From the NCBI GenBank assembly GCA_964016885.1, contig OZ024751.1, positions 44,454,001 through 44,518,000 on the forward strand: a stretch of DNA of 64,000 nt, read 5' to 3'. Source of the stretch: Eledone cirrhosa. Its lineage: Eukaryota. This document shows, piece by piece, positions 52,875 through 64,000 of the stretch. Position 1 is the stretch's first letter. Each line of letters opens with the position of its first letter. The notes under the pieces were generated by a model. The model was not told the DNA's origin. It saw only the letters and a program-made list of their open reading frames with translations, and did no database searches. Both the position numbers and the translations under genes were made by a program.

Positions 52875-54933
52875 AATAACAACACCACCACCACCACCAC
52901 CATCAACTGCCACCATCAACAACAATAATAACAACAGCAACACAACAACCACCATCACTGCCACCATCAACAACAACAACAACAACAGAAACACCACCAC
53001 CACCATCACTGCCACCCTCAACAACAATAACCATAACAACAAAAACATCATCATCATCACCAAGAGCAACAGCACCACTACCAACAACAACAACAACAAT
53101 AACAACAGCAATAACAACAATAATAACAAAATCATCATCATCATAAGCAAGAGCAACAGCACCACTACCAACAACAACAACAACAACAACAATAATAACA
53201 ACAGCAATAACAACAATAATAACAAAAACATCATCATCATCAGCAAGAGCAACAGCACCACTACCAACAACAACAACAACAATAATAACCACAGCAATAA
53301 CAACAATAATAACAAAAACATCATCATCATCAACAAGAGCAACAGCACCACTACCAACAACAACAACAACAATAATAACCACAGCAATAACAACAATAAT
53401 AACAAAAACATCATCATCATCAACAAGAGCAACAGCACTACTACCAACAACAACAACAACAACAACAACAATAACAACAGCAATAACAACAATAATAACA
53501 AAAACATCATCATCATAAACAAGAGCAACAGCACCACTACCAACAACAACAACAACAACAACAATAACAACAGCAATAACAACAATAATAACAAAAACAT
53601 CATCATCATCAACAAGAGCAACAGCACCACTACCACCAACAACAACAACAACAACAATAACAACAGCAATAACAACAATAATAACAAAAACATCATCATC
53701 ATCAACAAGAGCAACAGCACCACTACCACCAACAACAACAACAACAACAATAACAACAGCAATAACAACAATAATAACAAAAACATCATCATCATCAACA
53801 AGAGCAACAGCACCACTACCAACAACAACAACAGCAATAACAACAATAATAACAAAAACATCATCATCATCAGCAAGAGCAACAGCACCACTACCAACAA
53901 CAACAACAATAATAACAACAACAACAACAACAATAATAACAAAAACATCATCATCATCAGCAAGAGCAACAGCACCACTACCAACAACAACAACAACAAC
54001 AACAACAGCAATAACAACAATAATAACAAAAACATCATCATCATCAGCAAGAGCAACAGCACCACTACCAACAACAACAACAACAACAACAACAGCAATA
54101 ACAACAATAATAACAAAAACATCATCATCATCAGCAAGAGCAACAGCACCACTACCAACAACAACAACAACAATAATAACTACAGCAATAACAACAATAA
54201 TAACAAAAACATCATCATCATCAGCAAGAGCAACAGCACCACTACCAACAACAACAACAACAATAATAACAACAGCAATAACAACAATAATAACAAAAAC
54301 ATCATCATCATCAACAAGAGCAACAGCACCACTACCAACAACAACAACAACAACAACAATAACAACAGCAATAACAACAATAATAACAGCAATAACAACA
54401 ATAATAACAAAAACATCATCATCATCAACAAGAGCAACAGCACCACTACCAACAACAACAACAACAACAATAACAACAGCAATAACAACAATAATAACAG
54501 CAATAACAACAATAATAACAAAAACATCATCATCATCAACAAGAGCAACAGCACCACTACCAACAACAACAACAACAATAATAACAACAGCAATAACAAC
54601 AATAATAACAAAAACATCATCATCATCAGCAAGAGGAACAGCACCACTACCAACAACAACAACAACAACAACAATAACAACAGCAATAACAACAATTATA
54701 ACAAAACCATCATCATCATCAACAAGAGCAACAGCACCACTACCAACAACAACAACAACAATAATAACCACAGCAATAACAACAACAATAACAAAAACAT
54801 CATCATCATCAACAAGAGCAACAGCACCACTACCAACAACAACAACAACAACAACAACAACAGCAGCAATAAAAACAACAATAACAAAAACATCATCATC
54901 ATCAGCAAGGGCAACAGCACCACTACCAACACC

Positions 54934-54967
<34 letters not shown>

Positions 54968-55025
54968 GCAATAACAACAACAATAACAAAAACATCATCA
55001 TCAGCAAGAGCAACAGCACCACTAC

Positions 55026-55056
<31 letters not shown>

Positions 55057-55285
55057 AACAACAGCAATAACAACAATAATAACAAAAACATCATCATCAT
55101 CAGCAAGAGCAACAGCACAACTACCAACAACAACAACAACAATAACTACAGCAATAACAACAATAATAACAGCAATAACAACAATAATAACAAAAACATC
55201 ATCATCATCAGCAAGAGCAACAGCACAACTACCAACAACAACAACAACAACAACAATAACTACAGCAATAACTACAACAACACAG
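52875..55285. repeat. AAC-rich minisatellite of variable ~75-110 bp units built from triplets
   Basis: Core aaaaacatcatcatcatcagcaagagcaacagcaccactacc alternating with (AAC/AAT)n. Confidence 0.95.
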
Positions 55286-55469
55286 TTCAACAAAACGCGT
55301 GATGATCTGCCAGGTAAATATTTGAATAAACCGATGGCATTTGGCAGATTGTAACTTTGGTAAACAATTTTGGAGCAGAAGTATTACAGCGTTTGACAAA
55401 TATTGCAATATTTCTTCCGGGACCTTGCTTTCTGGGTTCAGCCCGCATCGATAAAGAAAGTACCAGACG

Positions 55470-55570
55470 AGGGTGGTGGACAGACAGAATCATTAGAACG
55501 ATATTTGTTCAGGTCCTTTTCTTTCTGAGTTCAAATCCCGCTGTAGAGTATTTGACTTATCGACTTGATC
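55470..55570 (+). mobile_element. Degenerate SINE head
   Basis: gggtggtggacagacagaatc..ctgagttcaaatcccgc. Confidence 0.6.
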
Positions 55571-55714
55571 CCACGCCTAGTCAAACACCCACAGCCTAGC
55601 TGTGAGTGTCTTTAACGAAGAGAGGTTTCCAGTGCGAGAGTACATACCTTTCACCCCCACCCCCGCTCCCCTGGAACACATTCCTACGAAACTAGGAAGC
55701 CCTGAAAAGAATTA

Positions 55715-55965
55715 TGGGCACTGCACTTCTTCCCGAATACTCAATTTTAGTTGAAGGGACATCATCTACAGTTTCGAGCAGCCGGTTCAAGACTTAGAAT
55801 GTGAAGGAGGGGGCTTGTGAATGGCGATACCTTAAACAAAACAACCCTCCTAGCTCCCATGAAGTTTGAGAGGGTACATACGCTAGAGTACCACCCTTCT
55901 CAGCAGAGACCGAAAGCAGTCTTGTTCCGCCTTATAAGGTCAGAGTCCACTGGCCCTCCCATAGC
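55715..55965 (-). pseudogene. Possible highly decayed Tx1-like RT fragment
   Basis: Minus translation ..WYSSVCT..LFKV..SPLLHILSLEP resembles ..FKI..SSLLYVLTLEP of the local ORF2. Confidence 0.35.
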
Positions 55966-55981
55966 ATTCGGATGAAATTAT

Positions 55982-56015
<34 letters not shown>

Positions 56016-56089
56016 TATCATAGAAAGTGCACAACTATCCTTGCTCTCCCCCCTCCAGTCGTATGGAATTACAAGGACAAAGAATGAAG

Positions 56090-57140
56090 AGGGTGGAGGT
56101 GGTGATAGTAATGTTGGGGGGAGGGGGGCAGTATCATGGTGGTGACGGTGGCTGTTTTGTTGGTGATGATGATGGTTGTGGTGGTGGTGGTGGTGGTGGT
56201 AGTGGAGGTGGTGGTGGTGGTGGTAATGTTGGTGACAATAGTGATGGTGGTGTCAGTTGATGGTGGTGGTAGTGGCGGCAATGGTGGTGGTGGTGGTGGC
56301 CGCGGTGGTGGTGGTAGTGATGGTGTTTGGTGATGGTGGTAATGGTTGTGGCAAGGGTGGTGCTGGTGTTTGGTGATGGTGGTAATGGTTGTGGCAATGG
56401 TGGTGGTGGTGTTTGGTGATGGTGGTAATGGTTGTGGCAAGGGTGGTGCTGGTGTTTGGTGATGGTGGTAATGGTTGTGGCAATGGTGGTGGTGGTGTTT
56501 GGTGATGGTGGTGGTGGTGTTTGGTGATGGTGGTAATGGTTGTGGCAATGGTGGTGGTGGTGTTTGGTGATGGTGGTAATGGTTGTGGCAATGGTGGTGG
56601 TGGTGTTTGGTGATGGTGGTAATGGTTGTGGCAAGGGTGGTGCTGGTGTTTGGTGATGGTGGTAATGGTTGTGTCAATGGTGGTGCTGGTGTTTGGTGAT
56701 GGTGGTAATGGTTGTGGCAATGGTGGTGGTGGTGTTTGGTGATGGTGGTAATGGTTGTGGCAATGGTGGTGGTGGTGTTTGGTGATGGTGGTGGTGGTGT
56801 TTGGTGATGGTGGTAATGGTTGTGGCAATGGTGGTGGTGGTGTTTGGTGATGGTGGTAATGGTTGTGGCAATGGTGGTGGTGGTGTTTGGTGATGGTGGT
56901 AATGGTTGTGGCAAGGGTGGTGCTGGTGTTTGGTGATGGTGGTAATGGTTGTGTCAATGGTGGTGCTGGTGTTTGGTGATGGTGGTAATGGTTGTGGCAA
57001 TGGTGGTGGTGGTGTTTGGTGATGGTGGTAATGGTTGTGGCAATGGTGGTGGTGGTGTTTGGTGATGGTGGTAATGGTTGTGGCTATGGTGGTGGTGGTG
57101 TTTGGTGATGGTAATGGTGGTGGTGGTGGTGTTTGGTGGC
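56090..57140. repeat. GGT-rich repeat with a 43-bp unit from ~56320
   Basis: ggtgtttggtgatggtggtaatggttgtggcaatggtggtggt. Confidence 0.93.
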
Positions 57141-57567
57141 TAGAGAAAGCCTGCTAAATATAAACCGTTATGTTTAATTTTCTCTTTTATATTTATATAC
57201 ACTCTTTCCCACTCTCTCTTTCTCTCTCTCTGGTTTTCTCTCTCTCTCTCTACCTGTCTCTCCCTCTCTCTCTCTCCCTCTCTCCCTCTCTCATTTGCTT
57301 TCCTTTACGGATGGATCGGCAGTATGTGTGTCCGTTTGTATGTATGTACATCTGTATGTATGTATGTACATCTGTATGTATGTACATCTGTATGTATGTA
57401 TATCTGTATGTATTTACATGTTTATGTGTTTAAATGTATGTGTAAGAAAGTGTACATGTTTGTGTGTGCGTAGGGGAATGTAAGCAAACATGTCCTGCGA
57501 ATGTATATACGTCTGCGTGTGTACGTATGTGCGTACGTATGTGTGTACGTATGTATGAAGGTATAAG

Positions 57568-57649
<82 letters not shown>

Positions 57650-57745
57650 CTTATACATTCATACAAACGTACACACGCAAACGTATATACGTATTCATTT
57701 ATACAAGTATGTGCGTATATGTGCATATATATATATATATACACA

Positions 57746-57789
<44 letters not shown>

Positions 57790-57928
57790 TATATATCTGT
57801 ATATATATATATATATATAAATATATATAAATATTTATATATATACATATATATATGTATATATAAATAAATATATATATATATACATACATATATATAT
57901 ACATATATATATGTATGTATATATATAC

Positions 57929-57962
<34 letters not shown>

Positions 57963-57982
57963 GTATATATGTATATATATAC

Positions 57983-58061
<79 letters not shown>

Positions 58062-58304
58062 GGTCGGCAACTGGCGACAATGTTCTCTGGTGGTTTCCAA
58101 TTAATTTAGAGGTTTGAAAGAATGCGGTAAAATAAACAGTAGTAAAAGAGAGGGGTAGGGGTGTAAAAAAAGGTCACATGACATATCCCCGAAAATAGAC
58201 CGTCTGGCTATCGATAAAGTGTATACATAAATAAATAAAGTACATATGTATATATTTGACACAAACACATATGTATGTATATATATATACGTTTACATAT
58301 ATAC

Positions 58305-58335
<31 letters not shown>

Positions 58336-58339
58336 TATA

Positions 58340-58409
<70 letters not shown>

Positions 58410-58429
58410 CGTGTGTCTGTGTATATATA

Positions 58430-58469
<40 letters not shown>

Positions 58470-58475
58470 CACCAA

Positions 58476-58536
<61 letters not shown>

Positions 58537-58613
58537 AGAATAGTAGTTGGAAGACAAACACGAAAAACAGGGTTCCTTTCTTCCCGCTTTTCTAAATCTG
58601 GTTACACACACAT

Positions 58614-58684
<71 letters not shown>

Positions 58685-58794
58685 AATGTCTGACAGAAAA
58701 TTTCGAAAGTGGGCTAAGGTTTACGTTTCTGGATGTTTCTGAGTGATTCTCAAAAGTACGGACGTATGTATGTATATGTATATGTATATGTATA

Positions 58795-58879
<85 letters not shown>

Positions 58880-59094
58880 CAACAGTTGAACACGACTAGC
58901 TCTGTTTCTTTTTTCTTGGCTTTTTTCCCAATGGCGAATTATTCTTCAAGAGAAATGATCAGATTATCTTTTTACCCTGTAAAATCATGGTTGAGAACAT
59001 AGGAACAGAGATATCACATATATATTCGATTTTAGTCATTGAATTATTTTTGGGCTGGGCCAATCTGCAGCAGACTCAGGGTTAGACCTTGAGC

Positions 59095-59470
59095 AGGATG
59101 TTCGGCTGGTCTCACTTGGGGATCCAGCCGGATCAGTTGGAAACGGTTGCTTCTGACAGGACCTGCTGGAAGAAGTGTTTGAGGACTCTGTCACCACGAC
59201 CCCCTCAGGAATAAGTGGACATAGAAGAAGAAGAAGAAGAAGAAGAAGAAGAAGAAGAAGAAGAAGAAGAAGAAGAAGAAAGGCAAAGAAGAAGAAGAAG
59301 AAGAAGTAAGGCAAAGAAGAAGAAGAAGAAGAAGAAGAAGAAGAAGAAGAAGAAGAAGAAGAAAGGCAAAGAAGAAGAAGAAGAAGAAGAAGAAGAAGAA
59401 GAAGAAGAAGAAGAAGAAAGGCAAAGAAGAAGAAGAAGAAGAAGAAGAAGAAGAAGAAGAAGAAGAAGAT
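59095..59470 (+). mobile_element. RTE-like LINE 3' end with (GAA)n tail
   Basis: GWSHLGIQPDQLETVASDRTCWKKCLRTLSPRPLRNKWT* runs directly into (GAA)n, resembling RTE/Expander C-termini. Confidence 0.7.
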
Positions 59471-60227
59471 AACCGATGAACATTTATATTAATTGCAATT
59501 AATCAGAATTGTCTGAATTCTGACAGGTTTAAAGTCACACTTAAATTATGAACGAAACCAACTTTCTTTATAGAAGAGTATTATTTAGGTTCGATAATTA
59601 TATCTAATTATTAATTTTAGTTTCATTCGGAACTACATAATTGCTAAGCACCTCAATTAAAACCCTACAGCCATAGCTATATAAATACGGTTTTAATATA
59701 CATTTTCTTGTTTACTTTATCTTTTTAATCATCAGATCAATCATACCAATCGAACCATGTTTCAATTGGTCTTTCCAGTGTTGATATTATCTGATTGTTA
59801 CAACTCTTGGCAAAAGGAGGCAGGATTTGAACTGAGAACACACGTAGCTGTATTAGAACATCACGGCCGAGCTCTTTAAGAAAGCAGCCAATTCCCCGCC
59901 TCTGGAATAGTTTGTACTTTATTGTCGAGCCTGAAAGAAGGAAACTCACATAGGATGTCAACTGGATTTGAACATAGAGTGTAGAGAGTCGAGACAAATA
60001 CTGAGGCGTTAAATCGGATATTCTAAACACTAGGCCAATATTTCACCCAATTCATTTACTAAGTACGCCCTAAAATACATCTATTTGCTTTAAAGTGCGC
60101 CGCGTGAAAACATAAAATAAATGAAGAAAAAAAAGCATTAAAAAACTCAAGAAGAAATTGCTTAAGAACTTGGATTAACATAAGGACAAAAAAAATAATA
60201 ATTGGTATTGTTGTCTGATGGAAACAA

Positions 60228-60968
60228 TAGAAGAAGAAGAAGAAGAAGAAGAAGAAGAAGAAGAAGAAGAAGAAGAAAGCAAGGAAGAACACCACCAACA
60301 ACAACAAAGCCACAAACACTAACAACAACATCACCAACACCAACAACAACACCACCACCACCACCACCAACAACAACACCACCACCACCAACAACAACAA
60401 TAACAACACCACCACCAACAACAACACCACCACCAACAACACCACGACCACCACCATCAACAACAACAACACCACCAACAATACCTCCACCAACACCGCC
60501 ACCAACAAGACCACCAACAACAACAACACCACCACCACCATCAACAACAACAACACCACCACCAACAACACCTCCACCAACACCAACAAGACCACCAACA
60601 ACAACAACACCACCACCACCACCACCACCATCAACAACAACAACAACAACACCACCAACAACAACAACAATAACACCACCACCACCAACACCACCACCAC
60701 CACCACCAACACCACCACCACAAACACCACCACCACCACCAATACAGACACCAACACCACCACCACCACCAACACCACCACCAACAATAACACCACCACC
60801 AACACCACCACCAACAACACCACCACCAACAACAACACCACCACCACCACCACCATCAACAACAACAACAACACCACCACCAACAACAACAACACCACCA
60901 ACACCACCACCACCAACACCACCACCACCAATACCGAGACCACCACCACCACCACCAACACCACCAAC

Positions 60969-61000
<32 letters not shown>

Positions 61001-61058
61001 CACCACCAACACCACCAACACCACCACCACCATCACCACCACCAACAACAGCAACAAT
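60228..61058. repeat. (GAA)n followed by mixed (CCA/ACA)n triplet repeat
   Basis: Direct inspection. Confidence 0.93.
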
Positions 61059-61187
61059 CTAGACCATTACAAACAATAACTACGTATTAATGATTTTGTG
61101 ACGAAAACCTGATTGTTAATATTTGTTTTGTTTTGTTTTATTTTATTTAACACAATTGATTAATTTATGAGTTATACACACACACAC

Positions 61188-61273
<86 letters not shown>

Positions 61274-61282
61274 GTATATATA

Positions 61283-61347
<65 letters not shown>

Positions 61348-61358
61348 GTATATATATG

Positions 61359-61434
<76 letters not shown>

Positions 61435-61468
61435 CATATATATTCACACACACATATATATATATATA

Positions 61469-61506
<38 letters not shown>

Positions 61507-61515
61507 CATATATAT

Positions 61516-61553
<38 letters not shown>

Positions 61554-61608
61554 GTACGTGTGTATGTGCATGTATGTATTTGTGTATGTACACACACTCA
61601 TATATATG

Positions 61609-61639
<31 letters not shown>

Positions 61640-62126
61640 GTATGTATGTATATATATATATGTATGTATATATATATGTATGTATATGTCTTTGTGCATG
61701 TGTGTTTTTGTATCTCCTATTAATCTAAATTTGGTCTAGACGGTTATTTTAATAGCTACGATCTCACTACTACTACAACTACTACAACAACAACTACAAC
61801 TACTACAACTACTACAACAACAACTACAACTACTACAACAACAACAACAAACACAACTACAACTACTACAACTACTACAACAACAAACACTACTACAACT
61901 ACTACAACAACAACTACAACTACTACAACAAAAACAAACATACTACAACTACTACAACTACTACAACAACAACAAACACTACTACTACTACTACTACTAC
62001 AACAACTACAACTACAACAACAACAACAACAACAACAACAACTACAACAACAAATAAGCGTATGACGAAATATACAGAAAGAAAAGACAGGCGTAAAAGA
62101 CAAAAGATCTGTATTGTGTGGTTCAC

Positions 62127-62389
62127 TTTGTTGTTGTTGTTGTTGTTGTTGTTGCTGCTGCTGGTGTTATTGTTATAGTTGCTGTTGCTGTTGTTGTTGC
62201 TGCTATTGTTGTTGTACATGTTTTTGTTGTTGTTATTGTTGTTGCTGCTGCTGGTGTTATTGCAGCGGTTGTTGTTGCTGTTGTCATTATCGTCATATTG
62301 TTGTCGGTGTTGTTGTTGTTGTTGTCGCTGTCGTTGACTTTGTTGTTGTTGTCGTTGTTGTTGTCGTTGTTGTTGTTGTCGTCGTCGTC

Positions 62390-62420
<31 letters not shown>

Positions 62421-62518
62421 CATTGCATCAGCAGCAGCAACAGAAAGTGCAGAGCATTGTGGGTATTTGGTGACAGTCAACTTTTGACTTGTTTCCAAAC
62501 TCTGCTTCCTTTGGTGGA
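62127..62518 (-). CDS. Possible Q/N-rich host exon (HQRKQSLETSQKLTVTKYPQ..)
   Basis: atatctttacAG acceptor; only one frame stays open through the non-repetitive part; weak donor AAA|GTGAAC ends in phase 0, compatible with 52732-52779. Confidence 0.3.
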
Positions 62519-62590
62519 CTGTAAAGATATTAATTATGATTTTAGAACACCACTGGTTCATTTAGCGACCCTAATTGAAGGAAATGTACT

Positions 62591-62653
<63 letters not shown>

Positions 62654-63134
62654 TAACATACACACACACACTCACACACACACACACACAGACACTAACA
62701 TACACACACACACTCACACACACACACACACACAGACACTAACATACACACACACACTCACACACACTCTATCATACACACACTCACACACACACACATT
62801 CACACACGCACTCTCTCTCTCTCACACTCACACACACACACACACAGTCACACACGCACACTCTCTCTCACACACACTCATAGACACACACACACACACA
62901 CACGGACACTCACATACACAGACACTGACACACACACACTCACACACAAACACTCACATACACACTCACACACTTACACACACATACACTCACACCCACA
63001 CCCACCCACACGCACGCACACACACACAGACACTCTCATACACACACATCCATGCAAGCGATCACAAGCACATTTATAATCATACATACCCACAAGCAGA
63101 GAAATGCACAAGCATAGCCACATACAGACACACA

Positions 63135-63396
63135 CATACATATACACATAGAGATACACACGTACAAATACACATAGAGATACACACGTACATATACACA
63201 TAGAGATACACACGTAGACATACACATAGAGATACACACGTAGACATACACATAGAGATACACACGTACAAATACACATAGAGATACACACGTACAAATA
63301 CACATAGAGATACACACGTACATATACACATAGAGATACACATACATATACACATAGAGATACACATATAGACATACACATAGAGATACACACGTA
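63135..63396. repeat. 26-bp minisatellite, ~10 units
   Basis: Unit tacacacgtacatatacacatagaga with variants. Confidence 0.9.
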
Positions 63397-64000
63397 CTAC
63401 TGAGAGACACCCTGCTGGAGGCGAACTTGATGGCGACCAACCTAAGGTTTAGGAAGAATCTGGGGAAGATGTGGACCTACATCTCAGATGTGCACCTGTC
63501 CAAGTCCCAGATTGATTTCATTCTGGTGAGGAAAAAGTGGCGGAATAGTGTTCTGAACACGGAACCATACAGCTATTTCAGTACACTGGGTAGTGACCAC
63601 CGGCTTGTTATGAGTGAGGTCCGCGTGAGCTTAAGAAAGAGCAAGGCTCAGCCCCGGAGAACGATCTATGACTGGGGAGCTTTCAAGGAAGATGATAAGC
63701 TACAGGAGAGGTTCACAGTGGAAGTGAGAAACCGGTTTAGTGCTCTGTGTGGAGAGTCAGAGGAGAGAGAGATTGGATGGACTGAGGAGAGTGTGACAAG
63801 GAGGTACGGGCACTTCACCAATGCAGTGGCGGAAGCAAGTGAAACCCTGGTGCCGAGGAAAAAAACAAAGGGAAGCACGTCAGCTCTGCAAACACAAAAG
63901 TGTGTGCAGCCAGAGAACACCTGAAAGCTGCCAGGGACCAATTCTATGCTGATCCTACGGAGGAGAGGATGGAGACTGTGGAGGTGATGAGGGAAGAGCT
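63397..64000 (+). mobile_element. 5'-truncated RTE-clade LINE (end of APE endonuclease), runs off the window
   Basis: N..F.K..GK.WTY..SQIDFILVRKKWRNSV..GSDHRLV..EVRNRFSAL; probable frameshift near 63870. Confidence 0.88.

Noticed and set aside
52839-55302. 813-aa Asn-rich and 796-aa antisense ORFs
   Set aside because: A triplet-based minisatellite keeps frames open trivially; no credible ATG start or non-repetitive domain

Overview
Repeat-dense, AT-rich eukaryotic DNA, probably intronic. The tRNA-derived SINE families and microsatellite content suggest a coleoid cephalopod such as Octopus (inference). No multi-exon host gene can be established; there are two candidate minus-strand exons. Retroelements: a 5'-truncated Penelope-like element (RT + GIY-YIG, Naiad-like) enclosed by a perfect 94-bp inverted repeat; two near-identical Tx1-clade LINEs plus stacked 3' fragments of relatives, all in (ATCT)n; RTE-clade fragments, including a ~600-bp internally deleted element with a candidate HDV-like ribozyme at its 5' junction; many SINEs; and large mini/microsatellites. 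The main unannotated signal, found by reading both strands by hand, is 13 sequence-unrelated type I hammerhead ribozyme motifs, 9 with an intact catalytic core. Most have palindromic helix III, an AATAAA/ATTAAA-containing tail and an adjacent (TA)n tract. Two lie inside inverted duplications, one of which begins within 1 nt of the predicted self-cleavage site. Most ORFs in the supplied track are microsatellite translations or antisense shadows.
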